Of a stretch of 64,000 nt of DNA, positions 25,366 to 38,420 are shown in pieces. Numbering within the stretch: the first letter of the stretch is position 1; every line of letters begins with the position of its first letter. The notes under the pieces were generated by a model. It did not search any database and was not told the origin of the DNA. It was given only the letters and a program-made list of their open reading frames with translations. The translations under genes and the position numbers were made by a program. The DNA is taken from NCBI RefSeq assembly GCF_006345805.1, contig NC_043005.1, positions 41,602,001 through 41,666,000 of the forward strand, read 5' to 3'. This DNA comes from Octopus sinensis. Lineage: Eukaryota.

Positions 25366-26464
25366 TTATTTTAATACAGGGGTAGGACCGCCTTTGGCAG
25401 TAATTACAGCTTGAATTCTACGAGGTATGGACTCGTACATAGTTTGAATTATTTCCAAAGGAATTTTTGTCCATTCTTCAGCTAAAACAGTCTCCAGTTT
25501 TGGGGTGATGATTGGGGAGGATATCGACTCCTTACTTCTTTTTCTAAAATGCACCATAAATGTTCAATAATATTGAGATCTGGCGATTATGGTGACCAGG
25601 TAAGATGTTCAACTCCACTAGAATGTTCCTCGTGCCATTCAGTAACAACTTTAGCTGTGTGAATTGGTGCATCCTGAAAGATTGCGTTACCCTCTGGAAA
25701 CAATAGCGCAACCATATGATGAATTTGATAAGATAAAAGGGTTAGTCTTGACTCTTAATTTTGCCATGAAGGGAAACCATTGGTCTGGCGGATTTCCATG
25801 ATATAGCCCTCCACCCCAGATCATCACAGATCCTCCTTCATGTTTAACTGATGGAAGAAGACAGACTAGGTCAAATGCTTCTTTTGGCTGTCTCCACACG
25901 TATACTCAGCCGGTGGTCGGAAATAAGGTAAAGGATGACTGGTCCGAGAAAATAACATTCTTCTACTGCTCTAGGGACCAATTCTTTAGGTTTTTATTCC
26001 ACTCGAAACGCTTTGCAAAGTTTATTTTTGAAAGTAGTGGTTTTCTGATTGCAGCCTTCCAATGAAATTCGACTTTGTGCAGCTCCCGGTGAACAGATTT
26101 TGTGGGAACTGGGTTCTCGAGGTGGTCATTAAGCCCTGCAGTAATTTTAGGAGGTGTACTTTTGTGATCCTTTTACAACAATTCGCGTAAGAATCCGACG
26201 ATCCCTATCTCAAAGTTTTGGTTTTCTTCCGGAGTTTTGTTTCGATGAGGGTGTCGTTGTTTTTGTACTGCTTAAAGGCACGTTTCTTTCCTGCCAAGCT
26301 TACTGTTTAATCCATGTTTGTGTTCTCCAAGTCAGCAGCCTTATTATTACTGGTAATTTAAACTCTTCGGTTGCATATTTGTGTGAATAAAATCATTTTT
26401 CTTTGGAATAGAAAAAAGTATATTTCTTCTTTTGCTGGTGTCTCAAATTTAGGCTAAATCAGTG
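25366..26464 (-). mobile_element. Truncated, decayed Tc1 transposon
   Basis: Minus-strand translation GRKPKL..VIFSDQSSF..VWRQPKEA..SVKHEGGSVMIWG..IFQD.APIH..SPDLNIIEHLW..IPRRIQAVITAKGGPTP; probable 5' terminus (CACTGATTTAGCC on minus) ends at 26464; other TIR not found. Confidence 0.88.
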
Positions 26465-26588
26465 TTTCTCAAATGGGAGGCCTATGGGAAGGTCGGACAA
26501 GTTGTTTTCAGAAAAGTTGGCTTAAATGTTTGACAACTCAGCACCGTCCATTTGACGGGGTTTTTTTTGCCCGTATATATATATATAT

Positions 26589-26644
<56 letters not shown>

Positions 26645-26812
26645 GAGCTTCACGACGGGCTTCATTCAGTTTCTGTCTACCAAATCCACTCACAAGGCTT
26701 TGGTCGGCCCACGGCTATAGAAGAAGACATTTGCCTAAAGTGCCACGCAATGGGACTGAACCCGGAACCATGTACTTGGGAAGCAAATATCTAACCGCAC
26801 AGACATACCTGT
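26645..26812 (-). mobile_element. SINE family A head
   Basis: CGACGGGCTTCATTCAGTTTCTGTCTACCAAATCCACTCACAAGGCTTTGGTCGGCC. Confidence 0.8.
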
Positions 26813-27396
26813 GCATATGTATATGGAGAATACATTTCTCGCTTAAGAGACACCAATGTTCAAACATTGAAAATAAGTAGAAAAATTTGACGTAATAATT
26901 TATTCTGTATTGAAAAACATTGAGAAAATTTGATGGACATATTTTGTCGGGCTACATAATAGAGTTCGTTTAAATTATAATAAAGGTTCGTATTGATATC
27001 TCAACAAAGGAGTATATTTAGGTATAATTAATTGGCATACAAGACAATATGCTTCCTATTGGTCGTTATATGAAACCTTTATCAAACTTGTTTATCAGAA
27101 TTTCCATTGTAACTACTAGAGAACAAAACAAAGAAATAGGTAATTTATAAACGAGGATATTATAATGAACCATAAAGGAAAAGTTGCTTCGGAACTTGAA
27201 GCTTACATTGATTATAATCAAACCAGAGCCACCGCGGGCAAACCAGAAAAGAGGTGATCAGAGGGGACCCCCAATGGAGAGAATTAATATTTGATATAAC
27301 ATTCTGGTAATCGTCAACATGTTTACTTGTTACCCAGTTGAACTGAAGTGTTCGTTACCTATAGACACACACGCGCACGCACATACATACACGGAA

Positions 27397-27495
<99 letters not shown>

Positions 27496-27604
27496 GTTCC
27501 TCACAAACATAGACACACTTAGACTCGCACATACAACCATACACAGAAACATGAAGAGACAGTTATATAGAATATATGTGTTGAGTGTACATATATACGT
27601 ATAT

Positions 27605-27656
<52 letters not shown>

Positions 27657-27882
27657 CGTGTGTGTGTATGTATGTATATATTAATTATATATATATGTAT
27701 ATATATATGTATGTACATGTATGTATATATATATGTATATATATATATGTATATATATATGTATATATATATATATTATATATATATATATTTCTGTGTG
27801 TGTATATATGCATATGTATGTATGTATATATATATATATATATATATGTATATAAATATATATGTATATATATGTATGTATA

Positions 27883-27915
<33 letters not shown>

Positions 27916-27930
27916 CAATCTATTTATCTA

Positions 27931-27989
<59 letters not shown>

Positions 27990-29020
27990 AAGCCCTGTTC
28001 TAAGATTCTTCTCCTCTTGTACACCGTAGATACACATAGTCACTTCGCCGAGTGTAGAATGAATGAAGTAAACACAGGACATTAAAGTAGCGAACCACTC
28101 AACGATATAACTCACTTCATTATTGATAAGTCTTTAGGTTGCCAAGTCTTAAATGAACCTAAATAAATACAAGGTAACACTGAAATATTCAAGACTAGGA
28201 AGTCATTTCTCACCGTTGCTTGGTTACTGGCATATACGTACTTGATCTATTAATGTTGCTTCTCGGTGTGCTGGCCACTTTTACTAGTAACTGTTCTATA
28301 TGGAGAAAAAAATTAGGTGAAAGAGATGGGTTGAAACACAAAAGAGACAGACTGGAAGTAGTAAATATTAATCATATGGCATGGTTTCGAATCTTATTAA
28401 TGTTTCTTAGATGGGAACTGCATGATACCAGAAGGTATTATATTGTTACTTATGAGAATTACAAAAAATAAAAATAAAAATAAAAATAATAATAATTTCT
28501 GCATTGTTTCGCGATAAACTAAATTGCAAACTAAGTATTCTATGTTCTTATCAGTAAAAGATAAGCAAGTCAAATTCGCCAGTAGGACTAATAGGTTTAG
28601 TTAATTATAAAGTAACGAAAGTATTACTTCTTTATCACATGCAACATTGTGTGGCCGTTTAACTTATCACGGGATTCTCTTTAATGAATTTGATCGAGGT
28701 GGAAAATTAGGGATAAACATCTTCCAGCGAAACAGATTTTACTCCATAATGTGTATGTTCTATTTAATACTTTGCTTAAAGAATTGCACATCATTTCCAA
28801 ATGTACAGTTGCGTCCATTTAAGGTCATTTCATTTTCATAGGAAATTTCAGTTCATTTAAGATAAAGGATCAAGTTATGGTGACATCTATGATCTCAATA
28901 ACATCGACACGTAGAAAAAAAACCTTGTAATTATTTTATCTAGCATTGCTTTGCCTGTACTTAAATCCATGGCACTAATTAATTTTGTTCCGTCATGGAA
29001 GAGATGGTAAATTTCGTAAG

Positions 29021-29250
29021 GCGGAGAGCTGGCAGAATCGTTAGCACGTCGGGCGAAATGCTTAGCGGTATTTCGGCTGCCGTTACGTTGTGAGTTAAAA
29101 TTCATCCGAGGTCAACTTTGCCTTTCATCCTTTCGGGGTCGATAAATTAAGTACTAGTTACGCACTGGAGTCGATGTAATCGACTTAATACCTATGTCTG
29201 TCCATGTTTGTCCCCTCTATGTTTAGCCTCTTGTGGGTAATAAAGAAATA
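29021..29250 (+). mobile_element. SINE family B with 15-bp TSD
   Basis: GGTAAATTTCGTAAG at 29006-29020 and 29251-29265 flanks an intact copy. Confidence 0.92.
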
Positions 29251-29879
29251 GGTAAATTTCGTAAGGTATTGAACAGTCAACTGACAAATGACTCATTGCT
29301 ATCTTTACTGATACCTATGCACTACGCTGTTTACGTACATTTAACTCTAAAAAAGCACACTGCACCTGTTTGCAGATAGATATCGTTGAACAGGAATTAT
29401 TCGTTTCTGTAAATAGCAGCGTCATTATAAAATTGATAAGCTTGTAGTACTAAGTTAAACATTTATGCATGATTGAGGAAACATTGGGTAATCAACTACA
29501 GTGATCTGTGTTCCCTTACTCGTACAGTTTCATGGTTCTAATTATAATCGATTTTCAATGAAGAATTTCACACGTAATCGAACCTCTTGGTAGATATGTT
29601 CCTCATTCATATGTGATTTCTACTATCTTCCTTCATTTGGTTATGAGAATCAAAATCTTTTACTACACTCCTTGGACTGTTCCCTTATACCTACCGATTT
29701 AATGTACAATATAGTTTTAGTTTCTTAATTTAATAGTCCTAATCCGTTATCATCTAAAAGTGTGTTAGAAATGAAAAGTGTTTTGAAGAATATCTAAATT
29801 AGCTAAAAAAAAACATTATTGAACACTTCTATGACCTTAGTATACTCCCTGAGTATAATTTGCCCAGTGACACAGAAGT

Positions 29880-30620
29880 GCCTAAACCCTTTTAAACTCT
29901 CCGGGAAACTGTGACAGGTCAATACCAGCAAGAATGGCATGAGCAGGGAAAAGTCTCCAAAGTACCGACGCTCTTGAAGAGAAAGGACTGAGTTAGTGGT
30001 TAGCGCATAATAGGAGTCAGATTGGACGCAGTAACAAGCAGGGAAATAAACGATTGGGTTGGGAGTACCTGATCATCGAGTAACAAAATCCTCCAAGACC
30101 ATTGAAGTAACATTGGGAGAGAGAAAGAGGAAACAATACGACTGTAGATCAGGTTGGAGTGTATCTATTAAATTAGTCAAGTGGACCTTCTCTGGGCATG
30201 GTCTACGATGTTTGTATGTGTAGCTGTAGAAACGTCCCTCCTATTTTGGGTCTCACTTGAGTCTGGTAGAACAGCATTAATTATCAGAAATTGAAATAGT
30301 TTTTGGCACTGAAGAGAAAGGCGAAATGCCAGCCGTCGGGATACAGCCCTAGTTATGTTAAAAATGTGCTTTTTCCAGGACACAAATTCGATGAGAGAGA
30401 AGCCCAGCATCTGGAGCAGTCACCTGAGCTGTAGTTCAGTACTTCTCCGAAGTATGCTCTCAAAGACTCCGTTCGTGAAACTTGATCTTGATTTCGGTAT
30501 GACAACTTGGTTGAATGATAATGATACACACTCTCGAAAAGCATCAGAAGAATGAGGAGAATGAAAGGTCATGTCATCTGTACAAAAGAAGGCGCAGTTG
30601 GATATGGTGAACAATAGGCT
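29880..30620 (-). mobile_element. Decayed CR1/L2/Jockey-group LINE RT C-terminal fragment
   Basis: Minus-strand LQMLGFSLIEFVSWKKHIFNITRAVSRRLAF..VDHAQRRST resembles the LGV.L...L.W..HI..I...ASR.L..L / LD..QRRA pattern. Confidence 0.65.
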
Positions 30621-31029
30621 ACTTCCCAATTCCTTTGTCCCACTGTTTCCCCCTTCTCTCTCTCTCTCTCCATTCAATTTATGTCTACATGTTTGCTAGC
30701 ACACACTTTCTTCCCACTTTCTTTCTAACACTCCGAAATTTTAATGTGATCTATGCACGCCTTTCTTACAATCCTCTCGCTATTTTCTGTCGTTGATTTA
30801 AGACAAACATTAAATATGTCATTTCTCGTTTTCCTTCCACCTCCACGCACAATGGTTTGTTTTATTTCATATTGTTTCGATCGAAAAACAGGAATATATA
30901 TTTCAGTATTTTCTTGCTCCCTTCACTTTTCTTTGTTCAGGTGCTCAGATTTTAGTATAGTGTTTTGTGTGTTCTTTATTTCCCCCTGGTTATATTCTTA
31001 CAATTATACACACACAAACACACACACAC

Positions 31030-31070
<41 letters not shown>

Positions 31071-31240
31071 GGCGCAGGCGTGGCTGTGTGGTAAGTAGCT
31101 TGCTTACGAACCACATGGTTCCGGGTTCAGTCCTACTGCGTGGTACCTTGGGCAAGTGTCTTCTTCTCGAACCTCGGGCCGACCAAAGCCTTGTGAGTAG
31201 ATTTGGTAGACGGAAACTGAAAGAAACCCCTCGTCTATAT

Positions 31241-31277
<37 letters not shown>

Positions 31278-31541
31278 GGTGTGTGTGTGTGTGTGTGTGT
31301 ATGTATGTGTGTGTGTGTATGTGTGTGTGTGTGTGTGTGTGTATGTTGTGTGTCTGTGTTCGTCCCCTGCAACCGATGCTGGTGTGTTTACGCCCCCGTA
31401 ACTTAGCGGTTCGGCAAAATAGACCGATAGAATAAGTACTAGGCTTACAAAGAATAAGTCCTGGGCTCAATTTGAGTGGACTAAAGACGGTGCTCCAGCA
31501 CGGCCGCAGTCATATGACTGAAACAAGTGAAAGAGTAAAAG

Positions 31542-31542
<1 letters not shown>
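31071..31542 (+). mobile_element. SINE family A, full length
   Basis: GGCGCAGGCGTGGCTGTGTGG head, internal TA/GT tract, complete tail. Confidence 0.9.
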
Positions 31543-31574
<32 letters not shown>

Positions 31575-31936
31575 ATATATACACATAAAACGCTCTATCT
31601 ATTTATGTATTTATATGCATTCCAAGTTTTATGTTTCGCCTTCACTTATTTGGTACCATTATTAAATAATTAGCTCTGGTTTTTCGTTTCTTTTTTCCCG
31701 CGTCCTCTCCAGATGTATCTATAGCTGTTGATGCAGCGAAGGGTATGCAGTACTATCTTAAGCACCAAGAATCTCCCAAAACTTCACAATTTGTACAATT
31801 GATGAAATGAAAATGCCTTTCTTCCGTCCGTTATTTTTCTTTTTGTTTCGTCTCTCTCTCTCTCTCACTTCAACACACACACAGACATATGTATTTATGT
31901 AATTTATATAAACACACAAGTACATGCATATACCGT

Positions 31937-32329
31937 TTTACCCTTTTCCTCGTTTCAGTCATTTGACTGTGGCCATGCTGGAGCACCGCCTTTAGTCGAG
32001 CACATCGACCCCGGGACTTATTCTTTGTAAGCCCAGTACTTATTCTATCCGTCTCTTTTGCCGAACCGCTAAGTGACGGGGACATAAACACACCAGCATC
32101 GGTTGTCAAGCGATGTTGGGGGGACAAACACATAAACACACACACACACACACATATACATACATACAACAGGCTTCTTTCAGTTTCCGTCTACCAAATC
32201 CACTCACAAGGCATTGGTCGGCCCGGGGCTATAGTAGAAGACACTTGCCCAAGATGCCCCGCAGTGGGACTGAACCCGGAACCATGTGGTTCGTAAGCAA
32301 GCTACTTACCACACAGCCACTCCTGCGCC
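31937..32329 (-). mobile_element. SINE family A, full length
   Basis: Colinear with 2459-2867. Confidence 0.9.
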
Positions 32330-33109
32330 TATACATGCATTCTTTGACGACTTAAGTGGTTATTACAAATTATTTTACTTGTTTCTGTCATTTGACTCAG
32401 TAATATATATGTATATATGTATATATATATTCTTTTATCCTTTTACCTGTTTGTCATTTGACTGCGGCCATATATATATATGTATGTATATGTAAATCTA
32501 AGGTAGGACAGAAAGAACACAACAAGGCGGAAATCAACAAAACACATGAGGAAAAATAGGCGATAGCATATCACGGCAAGCAGGACAAAACAAGATAAAC
32601 GGATCATTCGCAGCCGATTTCCTCCTCAGTCGCAGTCCGGAAAGTCCTTGTAGCTTCGCGCTCTCTTAACTCCGAGACTATTCGAATCCGGCGAGCGCCA
32701 GGAATTTAAGCTAAAAGCATTAAACCTCTGAGAAAGGCAACGAATGTATACAAGAACCAAAACAAGAACGTTAACAAAAACGAAAAAGCTAGGATTATAC
32801 AAGTACAACAGAGCGCCTTGCGACTATATACTAGGAGGGGAAAATATTGTACATGTTCCAATATATATATAAATAAATAAAAGAAAGGGTCGTTCGACTA
32901 TCGGACGAACGTAACGTTATGAAATAATAATACAAGTGGAACAATAAAAAAAATATACGTATACAATGGACAAACGCCATTCGGCCAAACAGCTAATGGA
33001 AGATATGTGTACGATTACAACAATAATAAATAACAAAAAGGGTCTTTCGACTATCAGACAAACGTAGCAATCTATTGAGATTTTCCGTTTTTCCTTTGCG
33101 TTAGTTTAC

Positions 33110-33176
<67 letters not shown>

Positions 33177-33232
33177 GTGTGTGTGTATGTATGTGTAAAT
33201 ATGTATGTATTGGCTTGTATATATGATATATA

Positions 33233-33304
<72 letters not shown>

Positions 33305-33645
33305 ATATACGTATATATGTGTGCACATGCATAATTGTGCATATGTATACAATTATTTCATTTTCTATCCCACTCTCACTTTCCTATTTTAGTTGATTTT
33401 CCCCTCTCTAACTATCTAAAGGTCCCTGATTACTAAATATATATAAGCGCGTCATCTAAGTGTAGATTTTGTACTGGCCGGTTATCTCTCTCAAGAATTT
33501 CTAATAGGAGATTTCTTATATATTTTCAACAAATGTACAATTTTAAAATTCCTATCAGCATAGGAAAGACGTGTAATGGTGAATAAATAAAGCCCACAAA
33601 TTTTTCAATCTCCTGTGTTGATACATACATACATACATACATACA

Positions 33646-33697
<52 letters not shown>

Positions 33698-33954
33698 CGT
33701 CTGAGTGTGTATGCGTGTGTATTTGTGTGTGTATATTTGCGAGTATTTGCGCGCAAGCTGGCGTATGAGTGAGGGCTAGTGGCATAACCCCGATGGTGCA
33801 TATGCATGTGTTTTCTAGAGTGTGTCTACCAACGGGTACGGGTGGACGTATTGATGGGTATGTAAGTCAGCTGTGTATATCAGCTGCGTGTGAATCAGTT
33901 CTTTGTGTATGTGTGTGTGTGCATATATGTATGTGTGTGTATATGTACGTGTGG

Positions 33955-33997
<43 letters not shown>

Positions 33998-34522
33998 AAT
34001 CTATATATAAGCAAATTTAGCTAGTTAGAAAACTCTCAATAAGAGATTATGGTAGCAACCATGCTAAGAATATTTATCGCCACGTCAATGTTGTTGTTCA
34101 ACGTTACTAACGTTTTGAACCCAGACAGACACTGTATATATTGCAAGCAGGGGATCGAACCCCTGCCATCCTCAAGCAGACGAGCGGATCACGAAACCGA
34201 ACAGTTTCGGGCTACTTGTGCCCATCTTGAGTCGTGAGCACCCGACTGCTAGAAATAACAGGATTCGCTTCAGCTCGCAATATATAGAAAAATAAGCGAC
34301 CATCGGTCAACGATTTTGCAACAAGCAAAGTAGCTAGTTAGAAAAATCTCAATAAGAGATGAAAGTAGCAAATATACTAAGAAGTAATATTTATCGCCAC
34401 ATCAATGTAGCTGTTCGACGTTACTACTGTTTTAACCCCAGGCAGATTCTCCACCGCGTCACTGGTGCAAACTGCATCCTGTATGTATTGTTATAAGCTC
34501 ATAACAATATCATCATCTAGAG

Positions 34523-34723
34523 CAGTGGTTTTCATCCAGGGTTCCGCCAGTACAGTGCAGGGGTTCCGCAAGAAGTTACAAAACTGCTAAAATCGGCAGT
34601 AATTTTTAATTCTCCTGTGCAGATATGTGTGCATAAGACTATTAAATTATTGCACAGAGGTTCCTCGAGCCAGTGGAATGTTTCCTTGGGGTTCCGCTCC
34701 AGCAAAAAGTTTGAAAAGCACTG
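34523..34723. mobile_element. hAT (Charlie-like) MITE, 201 bp
   Basis: TIRs CAGTGGTTTTCA / TGAAAAGCACTG; perfect 8-bp TSD ATCTAGAG (34515-34522, 34724-34731); repeated GGGTTCCGC subterminal motifs. Confidence 0.92.
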
Positions 34724-36159
34724 ATCTAGAGGCTATAAATACAATTCATTCTTTGTGTTATGATAGTTACTTCAGATGTGAACAATTTCTGCATGTTAAT
34801 ATCTAGTGACATCTTGGTGTATGTGATGCCATACCAGAAGGCTAAAAAACCCACTTAAGTACTATTATCATATCTTTGAACGTAAATCACATTTGGTATG
34901 TTTTTCATATATTATTTTCATGTAAAAATGTGTAAGCATTAGAGGTTAAAAACTCAATTGAATAATCTTTATCTCCCAGTTCTTGTCTATGAGACCTATC
35001 ATTATAAATCAGTTTGATATTTGCTTAAAATTTGTGTGTATTATATCTTTTAAATTTCGGAGTTAAAATTCGATCTGGGCGTTGGCAAAAGCGGCATTTC
35101 AAGGTTGAATTTATTGTAAAATGGCTAATTTGAGTCGATATAATTACTGCTTTTATTGTTTTCAAAATCTTCGTAAAGATTCCTTGTTCTCTACAGAAGT
35201 TAGAAACTACTTACTTTTTAGATATGGTTTAATTTTATTAAGTTTTTGGTTATTTTTCAAAAATCTAAGTTTGGCTATGCTGGCTCAAGAGTTAGCTCAC
35301 AAATCTGAGGCTAAGAATGTTATGTTGACATCTTGTATACCTTTCAAGATTTTATTAATATATAACACGTCTGGTATGATATCAGATAATTCTAACATGT
35401 ACATTTCCAAAATGCTTTGAAACATTTCTGCTGATGTCATCGTGAGTAAATCTTTTGGAAATATATTCCAGCCATTACTAGATGAGGTATGGAGATTATT
35501 TTAAATGACTGATACCCATAGAAAATACCTAAATGTCCCTAGCATTTTAAGCTTACTACACATACAGGACACTGAAAAATATAAGAAGTACTGGAAGAGC
35601 AACAGTAGGGGCAATAAATATTTTCGAGATATGCTGTGTGTTGACTGACTACACGGACTGTTTTGACAATGTATGGCTTGTGCAAAACTTCTCAGCGGAG
35701 ATTATGCAAAGAAACCCCCCAAAACAACAACAACAGCAAAAAAAAAGACAGCAAAAATAAAAACTTAATGTGTGAAAGAAAGTGTTGTTTGTTTTAGAAG
35801 ACTCTCATACTATAGAGTGTCATTTCTCATGTTTGCAAGTAAATTCTCCAGCAGAGTTGAACGTGCTTTTCCTACATTAATGAATATCAACCTTATTCTT
35901 TTCCTTGGCATTTGTCGCCTTCTCTTTCCTAACAAACATAAATCATTGACCTGAGAATATGTAGACGGTTTATAATATAGACACATTACTCTCTGGAATT
36001 GACTAGAACGTATTAGCTTTATTTTTATTACAACGTTTGTTTCACACAGATGATTGGAATGATGGCCATGCATATATTCTGAATCGACTATATTAACTCT
36101 CTCTATACTTTCTCAGAAACAGTCATACTTTCTCAAAAACAGAGGCGATGAGGGGAAAG

Positions 36160-36360
36160 GAGCATTAGCCCGCCAGGCAAAATGCTTAGCGGCATGTCCT
36201 CCGTCTTAACGTTCTGAGCTCAAATATCACTGATATCGACTTTCCCTTTCATCGTTTGGGAGTCAATAAGATAAGTACCAGGCGAGTAATGGGGTCGATG
36301 TAAATGACTAAACCCCATCCCCGAACTTACTGGCCTTGTGCAAAAATTTGAACCAATATT
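36160..36360 (+). mobile_element. SINE family B, degenerate
   Basis: AAATGCTTAGCGGC..CCTTTCATCGTTTGGGAGTCAATAAGATAAGTACCAG. Confidence 0.75.
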
Positions 36361-37064
36361 TTCTTAGAAAGAATAATAGGGAAAGTAAGCTAAAAAGAAG
36401 TGTCTTAATCTTATGTATGTTGCGCGTAACGTAAACTGACCACAGATGAAAATATAACGGATCCGTGCATTCTTTCGCCGAGAACATCCTTCTACCCTAT
36501 AAACATTACTAAGGGATACTAGTAGCCTGTGCCTCAAATTTTAAGAATTCTATGACTAACAAAAATTTCTAAAACTTTTATTTGTTTTTGTTGTAACTTA
36601 TCTCTGGGGATTACACGTCATTAACACGATGAAATTAAGAATTCTTCCGCGTGTTTGAGACTAAGAATTCTTCTGCTTAATTGTACTCTCGAAAATGTGC
36701 TGTACAAATAAGTTTATTTCGTGTACAAGTATGATTATGTAGAGTGCAACCGAATGCACTAATATCTTCTGTGTATATAATTATATAATTATAGTCTGAT
36801 ACTAATTTATACGACAGCTGATTTCTCAAGAAAACTACTTGGTGTTGACTAATATTAGAATGTTCTGGAGATCATAGTAGTCGTGTAATATGATATGACA
36901 TTTGCATCAGATTTTTGTCAGCTTTTTTTTTTTGTTGAAGCAATAACTGTAAAACAATATTTTACAGTTGCTACCATAATATTTTTTCTGGAGATTGAAG
37001 TTTGAAGGCTGGAAACAAGTAAAGGGAAGAATGTTATTAATGAGAGGAAAATAGTTTCAAATTA

Positions 37065-37280
37065 TGATACAAAACCAGAAATTTTATGAGAGGGTGGAGT
37101 TAATTGATTACATCGACCCAAAGTACTTAACTTGTACTTATTTTATCTGTTCGTAATGGATGGAAGGCAAAGTTAAACTCGAGCGGTATTTGAAATAAAA
37201 ACGTAAAGATAAAGATCCGGAAGAAATGCCGCTAAGCATTCTGTCCGATGTATTAACAATTCTGCCAGCTCACTGCCTTA
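37065..37280 (-). mobile_element. SINE family B, degenerate
   Basis: GAAGGCAAAGTT..GAAATGCCGCTAAGCAT..CTGCCAGCTCAC. Confidence 0.72.
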
Positions 37281-37914
37281 TTGTCTTGGCAAAGAGTACC
37301 ATTACATATTACCACTTTGGTTCAACAACAGAGGTTCTATATGGCCCTTCGATTTGCTGGAAATAAAAGCAAAATCTCCGTCTAATCATATCTCACTTTT
37401 TAAAAGAAATAGTTCTGGATCCATTAATTTAATAAAAGAAATAATATTCATCGCTGGAACAGTTCAGATTGTAGGTCTGATGGGTCATTGCTGACAACGG
37501 ACTTAATAACAAATAGCGTAGACATTCGTTTATAGGATTCAGTGGATGACAACATACGTTATACAGTGATAGGAAGCCAGACACGCACAAGAAAAATATC
37601 TTCAGTAGAGTGAAAACTGCGATGCACAGTAGTTTATTACAAGTAAAAGCTTCTTGGTGGAAGGAAGAGAGATATTATAAAGCAATTTATAGTGTAGCAT
37701 ATACAGTTTTTAGAATTGTAATTACCAAGATTTTGGAGTTAAACAACATTGTTCCCTTCTAATTATAAAACTACCAGCTAAGTTAGGGGATATTATGATA
37801 CCACTGTTGGCTAGAGAATAATATAGTTGACGCTAAAAATATGTAAAAGAGGTAGTAAAGTTAACTAATTGAGTACAAGAAAATTAACACAAAATATAAT
37901 AAAATAAATGCGCC

Positions 37915-38154
37915 CTTTTAAAGCCTAGCCAGGCTCATGGGCCCGTCTTCCCGGTTTCTATGGCGTACATGTTCCACAGCTGGACGGGACGCCAGTCCAT
38001 CACAGTGTTACTCATTTTTGCCAGCTGAGTGGGCTAGAGCAACGTGAAATGAAGTGTTTTGCTCAAGAAAATAACGCGTCACCCGATCCAAGAATCGAAC
38101 CTACAATCTTACGATCATGGTGCTGACATCCTAACCACTAAGCCACGCGCCTCC
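37915..38154 (-). mobile_element. SINE family D
   Basis: Minus-strand head GGAGGCGCGTGGCTTAGTGGTTAGG and GGTTCGATTC box; body shared with 7285-7530. Confidence 0.82.
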
Positions 38155-38204
38155 ACAACACAAAACATATTCAGAATATATTGTATATACACATGAAAGG
38201 GTTT

Positions 38205-38420
38205 CTAGTGAAAGCACAAGGCCACTAATTTTGAGAGAAGGGGTATAGTCAGTACCCTTGATCTCAATATTTGACTGATACTTTATTTTATCGATCCCGA
38301 AAAGATGAAAGACGAAATTGACTACACCAGGATTTGAACACAGAACGTAAAATTTCTGGAACAAGTGCCGCTAAGTAATTTTTTGAACGCTAAAACGATT
38401 CCGAAAGTTCATCGCCTTAT
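38205..38420 (-). mobile_element. SINE family B, degenerate
   Basis: TACTTTATTTTATCGATCCCGAAAAGATGAAAGAC..GATTTGAACACAGAACG. Confidence 0.7.

Noticed and set aside
35349-36090. Exon-like segments (35349-35441 ending at GTGAGT; acceptor near 36049; minus ORF 35810-36073)
   Set aside because: Stops in all frames or no partner splice site; insufficient support.
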